Below are positions 26,136 through 36,865 of a stretch of 64,000 bases of DNA, piece after piece (the stretch's first letter is position 1; each line of letters starts with the position of its first letter). The DNA is from Candidatus Iainarchaeum sp. (GTDB lineage Archaea > Iainarchaeota > Iainarchaeia > Iainarchaeales > JAZDEL01), in NCBI GenBank assembly GCA_043808785.1, contig JAZDEL010000006.1:41264-105263 (forward strand), in the 5' to 3' direction. A program made the translations under genes and the position numbers. The notes below the pieces were generated by a model. It was not told where the DNA came from. It ran no database searches and saw only the letters and a list, made by a program, of their open reading frames with translations.

Positions 26136-26548
26136 GCCGCACCCGCGAACGGAACCCTCATATATCCCCGCGGGTCGGAAACCGAACCCGATAGGGTTAT
26201 ATTTGTTTTTTCCGCAATTTGTACGGTTGGGCATGCCGTTATTGCAAAGGACAGAAACAGTGGCAAGGGCGCCGAATTTTTCCGCGCAGCGCGCGGTTTC
26301 GTGCATGAATTGCGGAAAGGCGATCGAGGGCGGGAATAACACTTATTCGCGCAGGTTCTGCTCGGATGCGTGCAGGCTCAGTTATTTGCTCTGAACGCGC
26401 GCGGGTGCGGGCGCAGTTGCCTGCCATGAACCACTTAATCCTGCAGCGGCTCAATTCTGCGGCACGGCGAAACATTGTGGCGTGATTTTTTTATGGTTCG
26501 GCTTCCGAACCCGCATATGCTTTAAGCATTTCCCCTAAGCCAAATATT

Positions 26549-27337
26549 ATGCGTGAACCCGAGGTTATTGGCGCCAGGCTTGTTGAGGGAATAAGGGATT
26601 ATTTCGGGCGCGCGGGTTTCGGGAAAGCGGTTTTGGGGCTCAGCGGCGGCATTGATTCAGCGCTCTGCGTTTCGCTTTTGCGTGAGGCCCTTGGGGCAAA
26701 GAACGTAACCGCGCTTATTCTGCCTTACAAAAAAATTAACCCTTCCTCCAGCGCGAAACTTGCGAAATCCTTCGCAAAGCGCGAGGGGATTAACTGTATC
26801 GTGCGGCCTGTTGACTCATTCATGCGGGATATTTCGACCCTGCCCTGGAAGCAGGGCAAACTTGCAGAGGCGAACTCCGTTGCAAGGGTTAGGGCAGTAG
26901 TGCTTTACAATTATGCGAACTCGAACAATTCGCTTGTTGTTGGTGCGGGGAACAAATCCGAGATAATGCTCGGGTATTTCACGAAATACGGGGACGCCGC
27001 GGCGGACGTTTTCCCCATAGGCGCGCTCTGGAAAACGCAGGTTCTGGAACTTGCAAAGGCGCGCGGAATTCCGGAGGAAATAACCTCGCGCACGCCGAGC
27101 GCGGAACTCTGGAAAGGGCAGACCGATGCAGCGGAACTCGGGGCGGGGTATGATGTGCTGGATGAAATATTGCAGGCACACGAGGCAGGCGAACCACGGG
27201 GCGCGGCACATGTGGGTGCGGGCAACAAACTGAAGCAGGCAAGGGAGCAATACGGCTCATCCCTTGTTGAAAAGGTTGTTACGCGTATTAAGGCAACGGA
27301 ACATAAGCGGCAAATGCCGCCAGTTATTGATGCTTAA
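26549..27337 (+). CDS. nadE: NH3-dependent NAD+ synthetase
   Basis: PP-loop SGGIDS. 262 aa. Confidence 0.9.
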   Translation: MREPEVIGARLVEGIRDYFGRAGFGKAVLGLSGGIDSALCVSLLREALGAKNVTALILPYKKINPSSSAKLAKSFAKREGINCIVRPVDSFMRDISTLPWKQGKLAEANSVARVRAVVLYNYANSNNSLVVGAGNKSEIMLGYFTKYGDAAADVFPIGALWKTQVLELAKARGIPEEITSRTPSAELWKGQTDAAELGAGYDVLDEILQAHEAGEPRGAAHVGAGNKLKQAREQYGSSLVEKVVTRIKATEHKRQMPPVIDA

Positions 27338-27349
27338 GGAGGCGATATC

Positions 27350-27547
27350 GTGATAGGGAACTGCAAAAGGTGCGGAACCAAAGAGGAACTGCACGGGGGC
27401 ATATGCGAGAACTGCAGGCTCGAGGCGCAGAATAAGAGGGAGCAGGAACTGCTCGGAACGGACAAGAAGAAAATGAGCAGGGAGGAAATCGAGCAGGAGC
27501 TTGCCGAGCACAGGAAGGACAAGAAGTTCTGGTGGGGGAAGGAATAG
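27350..27547 (+). CDS. small zinc-ribbon protein
   Basis: CKRCG...CENC. 65 aa, charged C-terminus. Confidence 0.45.
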   Translation: MIGNCKRCGTKEELHGGICENCRLEAQNKREQELLGTDKKKMSREEIEQELAEHRKDKKFWWGKE

Positions 27548-27682
27548 TTAGGCGACTTTCCCAAACAAAAGTGCGTTAACTTCTACATAACGGGTACAGG
27601 GAGCGAAGGATTTTGCTGCTCCCTTTGAAGCCGGAAAATGCGGGCAGCGGGCGTTTGCGGCATTCCTGCCGCGGGGCGGGCG

Positions 27683-29713
27683 CTACTTCTTCTTTGAAAC
27701 TAGTTTCTTCGCCTTTTCCGCGATGTGCTCCGCGCTTAGCCCGAAGTGCTTAATCAGTTCCCACGGCGCTCCGCTTTCGCCGAACCTGTCGTTAACGCCA
27801 AGCATATCCATTATGAAATTGTCCCTGAACTTCATGTTCTTCGCAATCGCGCCCGCAACAATGTTCCCGAATCCGCCTGTCTGGTGCTCTTCAGCAGCGA
27901 GAACCGCGCCTGTTTCCTCGGCTGCAAGGATTATTGCCGCTTCATCCAGCGGCTTAACTGTGTGCACGTTCAGCACGCGGGTTTCAACCCCGAATTCTTC
28001 CTTAAGTATCCATGCAGCGCGCATTGCTTCCGGCACCATCGGCCCGCAGGCGATTATTGTGATGTCCTCTTTTTCGTTCTTGTATTTGTGCGCAAGGACA
28101 GTTTCAAACGCATCCGCAAACTTATCCTTCTCCCCGCGGTAGCGGATTACGTTCGCCTTGCCGTATTCCCACGGGGTTTTTTCATTTGTAACAACGGGTG
28201 TTGCCTCGCGCGCGAACCTGACATAGCAGGGACCGTTGATTTCAAGCGTTGAATGGCGCGTTGCTTTTGCTGTTTCCGCTGCATCGCAGGGAACGAACAA
28301 ATGCATGTTCGGCAGGATTGCCATTATCGTGATTTCCTCAAGGCTCTGGTGTGTTGCTCCGTCAGGGCCGACTGAAATCCCGCCGTGCGCGCCGCCGATT
28401 TTAACATTAAGGTTGCCGTAGCAGATGGTTGTCCTTATCTGGTCCCATGGCCTGCCAGAGGCGAAAACCCCGTATGTGCCTGTTATAGGTATTTTTCCCT
28501 CCTTTGCCAGCCCTGCAGCAACGCACATCATATTCTGCTCCGCAATCCCAACGCTAAACACGCGGTTCCTGCGCTCGGGGTTGTTTTCCTCGAATTTGGT
28601 TATTGTAATCGAGTTTGAAATGTCCGCGTGCAGCGTAACTATCCTCGGGTCCGAGCCTATTGCAGCAAGCGTTTCCCCCCAGCCGAACCTTGAGGGCTTC
28701 ATCTCCGCCTGCATGTTCTTTGCCGTGTTCCACCAGTAATTGCGCCTGAATTTCGGCATTTCCGAATTAACCTTTGCGTCTATTTTTTTCTGCGCTTCCT
28801 CCGCTGCCTTAAGCAATTTCTCCGCGGGAAATTTCTCCATGCCCAAATCCTTCAGCGCGCGCATCAATTCATCCTTGTTCGGCGCCTTGCCGTGCCAGCC
28901 CGCAAGGTTTTCCATGAATGAAACTCCCTTTCCTTTAACCGTGTGCGCAACAAGAACGGTCGGCTTGCCCTTTACTTTCTCCGCCTCGTCAAACGCCTTC
29001 AGCAAAGCATTCATATCGTGCCCGCCGAGCTCGATTGCGTGCCAGCCGAACGCGCGGTATTTCTCTGCAAGCGGGTCTATGTCCATGACGTCCTTTGTCC
29101 AGCCGTCAATTTGCAAACGGTTCTTGTCCACAATCGCGGTTAAGTTATCAAGCTTGAAGTTTGAGGCGCTCATAACCGCTTCCCAGATGCTTCCCTCGTC
29201 CTGCTCCCCGTCGCCCATTATGCAGTAAACCCTGTTTTTCCTGCCGTCCAGTTTTGCCGCAATCGCATCCCCTACCGCAATCCCCAGGCCCTGCCCCAGG
29301 GAGCCGCCGCTCATCTCGATGCCTGTGCACTTCTTCCAGTCGCAGTGCCCCTGGAAAGGGCTCCCGAGTTTGCGCAGTGTAACCATTTCATCAATAGGGA
29401 AATAGCCCGCTTTTCCGAGCGCTGCATAAAGCGCGGGGACGCAGTGCGCCTTGGAGAGGAACAGCCTGTCCCTGTTTTCCCACTTGGGGTTCTTGGGGTC
29501 GTGGCGCATTTTGTTGAGCAAAAGCGCTGCGGTAATATCCATCTGCGAAAGGCTTCCCCCCGGATGGCCTGAGCCCGCTGCGGTAATTGCAGTGAGCGCG
29601 TAGGCGCGCAGTTCGCGCGCAGCGTCCTCCAGTGCCTTGCCCTCGAGCCTCAGCACTTCCTTTCCTGTTTTGCTGTCCACGATGCCCATTTCGCACCACC
29701 CCGCAAAGCGCAA
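27683..29713 (-). CDS. transketolase (N- and C-terminal halves fused)
   Basis: TPP-binding GDGEQDEGSIWEA and a transketolase pyrimidine-binding/C-terminal domain. 676 aa; the exact start is uncertain. Confidence 0.9.
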   Translation of the reverse strand: MRFAGWCEMGIVDSKTGKEVLRLEGKALEDAARELRAYALTAITAAGSGHPGGSLSQMDITAALLLNKMRHDPKNPKWENRDRLFLSKAHCVPALYAALGKAGYFPIDEMVTLRKLGSPFQGHCDWKKCTGIEMSGGSLGQGLGIAVGDAIAAKLDGRKNRVYCIMGDGEQDEGSIWEAVMSASNFKLDNLTAIVDKNRLQIDGWTKDVMDIDPLAEKYRAFGWHAIELGGHDMNALLKAFDEAEKVKGKPTVLVAHTVKGKGVSFMENLAGWHGKAPNKDELMRALKDLGMEKFPAEKLLKAAEEAQKKIDAKVNSEMPKFRRNYWWNTAKNMQAEMKPSRFGWGETLAAIGSDPRIVTLHADISNSITITKFEENNPERRNRVFSVGIAEQNMMCVAAGLAKEGKIPITGTYGVFASGRPWDQIRTTICYGNLNVKIGGAHGGISVGPDGATHQSLEEITIMAILPNMHLFVPCDAAETAKATRHSTLEINGPCYVRFAREATPVVTNEKTPWEYGKANVIRYRGEKDKFADAFETVLAHKYKNEKEDITIIACGPMVPEAMRAAWILKEEFGVETRVLNVHTVKPLDEAAIILAAEETGAVLAAEEHQTGGFGNIVAGAIAKNMKFRDNFIMDMLGVNDRFGESGAPWELIKHFGLSAEHIAEKAKKLVSKKK

Positions 29714-29802
29714 AACCCGCCGCGGTTTTGCCTAACCCCGCAAACCGCGCCCGTGCTTGTGCGTTTTGTTTTTTCTTTTTCGCACCTTCCTTTTTCGCCG
29801 CC

Positions 29803-31005
29803 TTATTTCTTGCCCCTGCCCTCCATGAACTTTCTTATCCTCGCAAGCCCCCCATTTATGTCCTCGTCGGAAGCGGCATAGGAGAAGCGCAGGTAGTAAT
29901 TGTTCGGGTCCGCCCTTTTGCCGAAGTGGATGTCGGCAAGCGTTGCAACCTCAGCCTCGTGCAGGAGCATTTTCCTGAATTCCTCGGAATCCTTTGCCCC
30001 GGCCATTTTGCAGGCCTTTGTAACATTCGGGTAGAGGTAAAACGCGCCTTTCGGCAGGGAGCAGTGCCAGCCCTCTATTTCGTTCAGGCCGTTAACCATC
30101 ATATCGCGCCTGCGCTGGAATGTCTTGCGCATTTCCTCCGCCTTGCCCTGCGGCCCGGTAAGCGCCTCGACCCCTGCAAACTGGGTCATATGCGCAGCGC
30201 ACGCTTCGGTATTTGTCACGAGCGTCGTGAAGAACGGCGCAAGCTTTGAATTGAGCGCCCAGCCCAGGCGCCAGCCTGTCATTGCGTAGGTTTTTGAGGC
30301 GCCGTCAACAACAATCGTGCGTTCTTTCATCCCTTCTATCGAGGCGATGCTCTCGAATTTTTCCCCATACATTATGCGGTTGTAAACATCATCGCTGTAA
30401 ACCCAGAAATCGTGGTCCTGTGCAAGGTCGGCAATAGCCTTCAGGTCAGGCTTGCCGAGCACGCCCCCCGTGGGGTTCTGCGGCGAGTTTATGAAGAGTA
30501 ATTTTGTTTTGGGGGTGATAAGTTCCTTGAGGGTTTCCACTTCAAAAGAGAAGCCGCGCTCCTCTAGCAATGGCAATGCAACGGGCTTTGCGCCGTGGAA
30601 AATTGTCTGCGACTCGTAAATCGGGTAGCCGGGAGCAGGGTAAATTACCTCGTGCCCCTTTCCATACTCGGTTGCGGCAACAACAGAGTAGCCGATGAAC
30701 GCCTTTGCACCCGCGCCTACAACAACATCGTCGGCGGAATATTCCGCGCCCGTAATCTTGCTCTCGTATTTGGCGATTGCATCCCTCAGTTCAGGTATTC
30801 CCGCGGAACCAGTGTAGCCGTGCTTGCCGTCATCAACCGCCTTTTTCATTGCCGCGCAGATGTTGTCGGGCGTCCTGAAATTCGGCTGCCCTATGCAGAA
30901 ACTGAGTATTTTCTTCCCCTGGCTGTTTAATTTGTTCACCTCGGCAAGAACAGCGAAAGCGCTCTCCCCTGTAAGGTTTTTTGTCCTGTCTGAAACAGTA
31001 GCCAT
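29803..31005 (-). CDS. PLP-dependent aminotransferase class I (aspartate aminotransferase family)
   Basis: SKTYAMTGWRLGW lysine region. 400 aa. Confidence 0.9.
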   Translation of the reverse strand: MATVSDRTKNLTGESAFAVLAEVNKLNSQGKKILSFCIGQPNFRTPDNICAAMKKAVDDGKHGYTGSAGIPELRDAIAKYESKITGAEYSADDVVVGAGAKAFIGYSVVAATEYGKGHEVIYPAPGYPIYESQTIFHGAKPVALPLLEERGFSFEVETLKELITPKTKLLFINSPQNPTGGVLGKPDLKAIADLAQDHDFWVYSDDVYNRIMYGEKFESIASIEGMKERTIVVDGASKTYAMTGWRLGWALNSKLAPFFTTLVTNTEACAAHMTQFAGVEALTGPQGKAEEMRKTFQRRRDMMVNGLNEIEGWHCSLPKGAFYLYPNVTKACKMAGAKDSEEFRKMLLHEAEVATLADIHFGKRADPNNYYLRFSYAASDEDINGGLARIRKFMEGRGKK

Positions 31006-31093
31006 GTGCGCACCTCCGATTTTTGCGAATCTATGCCCGCAGGAATATCGGACTGCAAAAGCCTTTTATACTGCTTGCCCGCTTTTAATTTTC

Positions 31094-31495
31094 ATGCGCT
31101 ACGAACTCTGCGCAGCGGAAAGCAGGCGCGCAAGGGAATTGATTGAGCTGCTGAAACTGAACCACGTGAAACCCGAAAGGGTTGTTGTTGTGCGGAGCAA
31201 GGGCACGAAAACAAGGCGCACAATCGCGCGCATACACACAATGGGGAAGGTGATGCAGCTGGCGATGGATCAGGAGCCTTTTTACGCGATTGAACTCATA
31301 GCCGAGCGCTACGACGGGCTGAGCGCGGAGGAGCAGACAAAAACCATTATCCACGAACTCCTGCACATACCGCACGCTTTCGGCGGCGGGTTCAGGCACC
31401 ACAAGGCGCATGTCAATGCGCGCACCGTGGATGAGGCGTACAGGCGGCTGCAGGCGAGGGAGCAAACCCTGCTCGGCGGGAAAACGAACTTTTAA
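31094..31495 (+). CDS. SprT/WLM-like zinc metallopeptidase domain protein
   Basis: HELLH in HELLHIPHAFGGGFRHH. Start set to the internal ATG at 31094, downstream of the aminotransferase. Confidence 0.5.
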   Translation: MRYELCAAESRRARELIELLKLNHVKPERVVVVRSKGTKTRRTIARIHTMGKVMQLAMDQEPFYAIELIAERYDGLSAEEQTKTIIHELLHIPHAFGGGFRHHKAHVNARTVDEAYRRLQAREQTLLGGKTNF

Positions 31496-31552
31496 ATACA
31501 AAAACCGCAGTATTGTATCAGTAATTTTTCCGGGCTCGGGGTTGGTTTTGGC

Positions 31553-32167
31553 ATGGCTGGGTCTGATGCAGGGGCTGCGCAGAAGCAGGGCACGGGCGCG
31601 CAGGCGCATGCAGCCGCAAACGACAAGGCGGGCGCCGCACATACCGCTGCAAAGGGAGCCGCACAGGCGCAGCATCAGGCAAAGGAGCCCCTGCAGCAGG
31701 GCATTCCTTCCGGGGCGCTGGCAGGGGATGAAAGGGATGCGCTGCTTCACAAGCTGCTTTACGGCAGGACAAAGCACACTTTCAGCCACAAGCTTTCCGA
31801 CTGGATGACGAACTGGGTCGGGAGCTGGACATTCATACTTTTGTTCGTTTTTGTTTTTGCCCTGTGGATTGCGGTTAACCTCTGGGCGCTTGGGCTGGGG
31901 GGGCGCGAGCCTTTCGACCCCTACCCTTTCATACTGCTTAACCTCGCATTGTCATGCCTTGCGGCAATACAGGCGCCGATAATACTCATGAGCCAGAACA
32001 GGCAGGCGCAGAGGGACAGGATAAAGGCGGAGAGGGACTTTGCCGTGAACCGCAGGGCGGACCGCGGCGTGGATGAAATAAAGGCGGAACTTGCAAAGAC
32101 GCAGAACCTGCTGCGGGAACTGCACGCGGAAAGCAAGGGCCGCGGGCGCTCGGGGTTGGGGGAATAG
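31553..32167 (+). CDS. DUF1003-like membrane protein
   Basis: A/Q-rich N-terminus, two TM helices, C-terminal RRADRGVDEIKAEL. Confidence 0.55.
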   Translation: MAGSDAGAAQKQGTGAQAHAAANDKAGAAHTAAKGAAQAQHQAKEPLQQGIPSGALAGDERDALLHKLLYGRTKHTFSHKLSDWMTNWVGSWTFILLFVFVFALWIAVNLWALGLGGREPFDPYPFILLNLALSCLAAIQAPIILMSQNRQAQRDRIKAERDFAVNRRADRGVDEIKAELAKTQNLLRELHAESKGRGRSGLGE

Positions 32168-32328
32168 GTGCGTGCAGGAATAGAGAAATAGCGGTTCTTC
32201 TACATAACTAACTGCGTGCGGATGCCATTTTGCCTTAATTTTAGCCCTTCGCATGCGGGTTGTGCACGCTTTGGCCGTGCTGCACCGCCGCGGGAAGTAT
32301 TATAAGCATTTTTCCGGAAAACCGATTT

Positions 32329-33294
32329 ATGGCTCTGCAAAACAAAAACGTGCTCGTAACCGGCGGCGCGGGCTTCATAGGCTCGGCGCTTGTGCGCCTG
32401 CTGCTTAAGGGGAAGGCAAACGTAACCGTGCTCGATAATTTCCTCAGCGGCAGGAGAAGCAACCTCAAGGAGCTTGAAGGGAGCATCGAAATTGTTGAAG
32501 GGAGCATCCTTGGCGAAAACCTTGCGGAAACGCTTTCCTCGCGCAACATAGGGTTCGTGCTTAACCTTGCAGCGGAACCATACATACCGAAATGCTACGA
32601 AACTCCGAGGAGTTTTTTCGAGATAAACGCGCTCGGCGCGCTGAATGTCATGCTCGCGTGCAAGGAAGCGGGAATAACGCGCATTGTGCAGTACAGCAGT
32701 TCGGAGGTTTACGGCAGCGCGCTGAAAACCCCGATGGATGAAACGCACCCAACGCTTCCCCGTTCCACTTATGCGGTGAGCAAGCTTGCCGCGGACAGGC
32801 TCTGCTACACGCTTAACCATGAGCAGGGTTTGCCAGTGGTTATTTTGAGGCAGTTCAATGTTTTCGGGCCGAGGGAAACGCACCCTTACATTATACCGGA
32901 ACTTATCTCGCAGCTCTCAAGCACGGAAAAAATAACCCTCGGGAACATAAAGGCTAGCAGGGATTTCACTTATGTTGAGGATGCTGCACGCGCCGCGATG
33001 CTGCTTCTTGAGTGCAAAAATGCGGAAGGGGAAGCGGTAAACTGCGGCTTCGGCAAGGATTACACTGTCGAGGAAATGGCGGAAATAACCGCGGAGGTTG
33101 TGGGGCAGAAGAAGCCGAATATAACTATTGACCAGAAAAGGATTAGGCCTTTGGATGTGCAGTGCCTGCGCGCGGATTACTCGAAACTCAACAAACTCAC
33201 GGGCTGGGAGCCGAAGGTAAGTTTCAGGGAAGGGCTTGAGAGGACCGTTGCATGGTTCAGGGAAAACAACAACAAGTGGGTCTGGGAAGAGTAG
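32329..33294 (+). CDS. NAD-dependent epimerase/dehydratase (UDP-sugar 4-epimerase/dehydratase family)
   Basis: VLVTGGAGFIGS Rossmann motif, YxxxK (YAVSK). Start at ATG 32329. Confidence 0.85.
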   Translation: MALQNKNVLVTGGAGFIGSALVRLLLKGKANVTVLDNFLSGRRSNLKELEGSIEIVEGSILGENLAETLSSRNIGFVLNLAAEPYIPKCYETPRSFFEINALGALNVMLACKEAGITRIVQYSSSEVYGSALKTPMDETHPTLPRSTYAVSKLAADRLCYTLNHEQGLPVVILRQFNVFGPRETHPYIIPELISQLSSTEKITLGNIKASRDFTYVEDAARAAMLLLECKNAEGEAVNCGFGKDYTVEEMAEITAEVVGQKKPNITIDQKRIRPLDVQCLRADYSKLNKLTGWEPKVSFREGLERTVAWFRENNNKWVWEE

Positions 33295-33297
33295 GTT

Positions 33298-34287
33298 ATG
33301 CCCCGTTTTTTGGTAACAGGCGCCAACGGTTTTGCGGCATCGCACCTGATAGGGCTGCTTCTCGCGCGCAAGGATGCAAGGGTTTTCGGCACCGTGAGGA
33401 AGGGTGCGGAACTTTCGCGTATCAGGCATCTGGCAAAAAACAAAAACTTCCGCAGGGTTTATTGCTCTCTCGGGGATGCGAAGGCTCTGCAAAGTGCGGT
33501 GCATTCTTCCGCCCCTGATTTTGTTTTTCACCTTGCCGCGCAGTCGTATGTTAAGGGCGCGCCTGCTGAATGCACGCTTAATGCCAATGTGCTCGGCTCC
33601 TTCAATCTTCTGGAGGCTGTGCGCAGGCACGCGCCCGATGCAAGGGTCCAAATTGCGGGGAGCAGCGAGGAATACGGGCTTGTAAATGAGCGCTCCGCGC
33701 CCGTGCTTGAGTCTGCAACGCTTAAGCCCGCGACAATTTACGGCGTGAGCAAGGCAGCGATGGAGTTTTTCGGCTCCGCATTTCATGCAACTTATGGCAT
33801 GGAAATAATCACAACGCGCGCATTCAACCATGCTGGCGCGGGGCAGAATGATAATTTCGTTTTGAGTTCATGGGCTAGGCAGGTTGCGGAAATAGAGGCG
33901 GGGAAGAAAGGTGCGGCAATGCCTGCGGGCAAAGGCGCGGATGCGGTTCTCCGCGTCGGCAACCTTGAGGTAAGGCGCGATTTTTTGGATGTAAGGGATG
34001 TTGTAAGCGCGTATGTTTTGTGTGCGGAGGAAGGCAAGGCAGGGGAGGCGTACAACGTGTGCTCCGGCACGGCGCCTGCGCTGCGCGGACTGCTGGATGC
34101 CCTGCTGCGGCTTACGGATAAGCGGATTAAGGTTGAAACAGACACCTCACTTTTGCGCAAATCGGGCGTTGACATCCCGCTGATGCTTGGCGATAACGGA
34201 AAACTTAAGGCGCTTGGCTGGGAAAGGCGCGTTACCCAGGAAAAGATGCTTGCGGATTTGCTCGATTACTGGCGCGCGCGGGTTTGA
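33298..34287 (+). CDS. NAD-dependent epimerase/dehydratase (GDP-sugar dehydratase/reductase-like)
   Basis: FLVTGANGFAASHL, YGVSK. Confidence 0.8.
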   Translation: MPRFLVTGANGFAASHLIGLLLARKDARVFGTVRKGAELSRIRHLAKNKNFRRVYCSLGDAKALQSAVHSSAPDFVFHLAAQSYVKGAPAECTLNANVLGSFNLLEAVRRHAPDARVQIAGSSEEYGLVNERSAPVLESATLKPATIYGVSKAAMEFFGSAFHATYGMEIITTRAFNHAGAGQNDNFVLSSWARQVAEIEAGKKGAAMPAGKGADAVLRVGNLEVRRDFLDVRDVVSAYVLCAEEGKAGEAYNVCSGTAPALRGLLDALLRLTDKRIKVETDTSLLRKSGVDIPLMLGDNGKLKALGWERRVTQEKMLADLLDYWRARV

Positions 34288-34652
34288 AGTTCGACCGGCT
34301 TTAAATTTTCCCAGTTTTCAAGGACCTGGTCCCTAAGTTTCTGTGGGAACTTCACCCCCGCGTTTTTCTTGTTTCTTTTATTGTTTCCATTGAGCATTCT
34401 GTGGTCGACAAGGAACCTTTTTACTCTTTCACCCCCGCCTTTTCTGGAAAAGAAATCACGCGCTCTTTCATACTTCTCGTACTTAACCGGATAGGCGGGG
34501 GCGACAACTCTTCTATCCCCGTTTGGCAAAAATTCGATAAAATAATGCGCGCCGGTTACGGCGTGCTGAAATACGCGTATGTTTTTTCCTTTTTTGCCGC
34601 TGGTCTGCCAGGGCGGGTTCTTAAAATTTTTCACTTCAAACGGTCGGGGCAT
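34266..34652 (-). CDS. hypothetical protein
   Basis: 128-aa ORF. Confidence 0.3.
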   Translation of the reverse strand: MPRPFEVKNFKNPPWQTSGKKGKNIRVFQHAVTGAHYFIEFLPNGDRRVVAPAYPVKYEKYERARDFFSRKGGGERVKRFLVDHRMLNGNNKRNKKNAGVKFPQKLRDQVLENWENLKPVELQTRARQ

Positions 34653-34736
34653 TATCCAACAACAGGGGCAAAGCCGTATTTATTCCTTTCCCGTTCGCGG
34701 GGAAAGGGTTAAATTCGGGCGTGCGGTTGTTTTGTT

Positions 34737-35270
34737 ATGCCTCTAAATCCCAGACCTGCCCGAAAGCGGGAGAAGAGAACGCGCCCCATAAATATCCAGA
34801 AAAAAGCAGAGAGGGATGCGCTGATAAACACGCTAAGGCGGGCTGAGGAGCTCGGGCAGGGCGCCATAATGCAGCACGGGAGCGGAAAATATCACCCGAA
34901 AACAGTACGGGGCGTTCTCGCGCTTTTAGGGGCGCCTGCAGGTTCGCTGTTTATTCTTTACGGGCTCAGGCCCGCGGAAACCCTGGAGAGGGGGATAGGG
35001 CCCGGGCTGAAGGTAATGCGCAGCGCCGGCGGGGGCCTTACAGGGTTCTTCTGCATAAAGCAGAAAAACGAGAGGGGAACTTCTTATTTTATGCCGCTAT
35101 TTCTGCACGGGCCTTTGCAAAAGCCGGGCTGTTGGGACCGTTACAGCGCAGGCATATATTCCCTCGGCGACCTTCTTAAGCTGTTGAAACTCGGGAAGCC
35201 GCGGTTTTACGGGGCGAAGGTAAATGCGGGCGGCGGCTGGCTTTACAAGCTGCCGGAGCTGGCGGAGTAA
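34737..35270 (+). CDS. hypothetical protein
   Basis: 177-aa ORF. Confidence 0.35.
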   Translation: MPLNPRPARKREKRTRPINIQKKAERDALINTLRRAEELGQGAIMQHGSGKYHPKTVRGVLALLGAPAGSLFILYGLRPAETLERGIGPGLKVMRSAGGGLTGFFCIKQKNERGTSYFMPLFLHGPLQKPGCWDRYSAGIYSLGDLLKLLKLGKPRFYGAKVNAGGGWLYKLPELAE

Positions 35271-35330
35271 CCCGAAGCGCGCAAACCAAAAATTTAAGAG
35301 GAACGGGGCTGTTTATCTGTTGCGAGGTGA

Positions 35331-35702
35331 TTGGTTTTGCCTGGAAAAATGGGCGGGAGCAACAGGATTAGTAGTAAGCAGATTCGGGATGTAATAAAAC
35401 AGAAAAAAGCGGGCTACATAGGCAAGCCGGCAACCGTCGATATATTGGAACTCCATTACGCAAACTCCATGTTGAAGAGAATTAATATGGCGAAGACTCT
35501 TGGCGGCTTGAGAGGGGTGAGGCAGGAGTTGAAGATGCACACAGAACATACGAACCTTGGGCATGGAAGGGGGCTTGTTATTTCCCCCATGAGCCACGGT
35601 GAAACCTCGGACCTTGTGACTGCCGGCGTATGGCGGCACAAAGAACTCCTAGGGCTTTTGGAGAAACGGCTGGCTGAAAGGGAGAAGGAGTTGGGGCGCT
35701 GA
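35331..35702 (+). CDS. hypothetical protein
   Basis: 123-aa ORF. Confidence 0.35.
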   Translation: MVLPGKMGGSNRISSKQIRDVIKQKKAGYIGKPATVDILELHYANSMLKRINMAKTLGGLRGVRQELKMHTEHTNLGHGRGLVISPMSHGETSDLVTAGVWRHKELLGLLEKRLAEREKELGR

Positions 35703-35883
35703 GGCTAAGCCTTAAACATGCTTTGCAGTAGGAACGGACCACTTAATAGAGAGGGCAAAAAAGGAAACTATGCATACATCCAAAAATGCGCGCCCGAAGA
35801 GTATTTAATCAGACAATAGATGCGTCGCACCGGAAATGCACCCTCCAAACATTTAAATCCGTCAATCGCCTATTTTTTACTGA

Positions 35884-36507
35884 ATGATATCTGACGAATA
35901 CATAATGGGCTTTGTCGAGGGCGAGGGCTGCTTCAGCATAACGCTGCAGCGTTACTTTGACCGCAAGCCCAGGGCAACTGGCCGCAGGAACAACCGCAAG
36001 CACAAGGCGTTTCCGATACGGTTGGCTCCAAGCTTCAGGATTACGATAAGGGAGAAAGACAGGCGCGTGCTTGATGAGATTAAGGAAAAGTTCGGTTTTG
36101 GCTCCATTTATTTGCAAAGGAGACAGGGGGAAAATTGCCAGGATACTTGCCAATATGTTGTAGAAACCTTTGGGGATTTGTTTGTTCTGGTGGATTTCTT
36201 CTCAATGCAGACTTTTTACACTCAGAAAGGTGAGGATTTCAGAAAATGGGCCCAGGCTCTCGAGATTTTCAAATCCGGCGGGCATTTAACAAAGGAGGGC
36301 GCGCTGGAGATTTGTAGGCTCAGGGACTGCATGAACCTACGGATGAACAAAGGCAACCGTGTTTCCGAAGAGGTTAAGGCTCTCCTCGAGGAGAAACGCG
36401 AGCACATTCTGGCGCATGCAGACAAAAATCAGAGTAAACTTCTACATAATTGTGATGGGGCACTGCCCAAATCGCCGTTCCCTTTGACGCAGCAACCCAC
36501 ACCCTAA
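35884..36507 (+). CDS. LAGLIDADG-family homing endonuclease, free-standing
   Basis: YIMGFVEGEGCFSI motif (LAGLIDADG_3-like). Locally AT-richer than the surroundings. Confidence 0.65.
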   Translation: MISDEYIMGFVEGEGCFSITLQRYFDRKPRATGRRNNRKHKAFPIRLAPSFRITIREKDRRVLDEIKEKFGFGSIYLQRRQGENCQDTCQYVVETFGDLFVLVDFFSMQTFYTQKGEDFRKWAQALEIFKSGGHLTKEGALEICRLRDCMNLRMNKGNRVSEEVKALLEEKREHILAHADKNQSKLLHNCDGALPKSPFPLTQQPTP

Positions 36508-36844
36508 GCCGTTACGAACAGGAACTGCCTCAAGTTAATTTGTCGATTTCGCCTGTATTGCATCTAAAACTGTTCAAATGCCAAAAACAACCCCCTATGT
36601 TCCACTACTGTTATTCCGATATGGCATAAAATACTCCTTATTTGCCCTCAGGATGCAAGATAAACAATATTATGCTGTAAAATCCCTTCGCAAAATTTCG
36701 CAAAATTGAAAAAAACGCACATGGGTTTTGGCGGGCTTCCTTAAGGGGCTTTGGCTGGTTTGCGAAGCGGCTCTGAGGGCGCCTGAAATGGTTCTGAAGG
36801 GAGCAGCGGACTGGCTCCGGCGCCTGCATGGTTATGTAGAAGTT
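36437..36844. repeat. inverted 14-mers AACTTCTACATAAT / AACTTCTACATAAC (rc) flanking an about 380-bp AT-rich segment
   Basis: 36437-36450 (+) and 36831-36844 (rc). Members of the CTTCTACATAAC family. Confidence 0.55.
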
Positions 36845-36865
36845 AGATCCGGTTTTTGCTTAAAA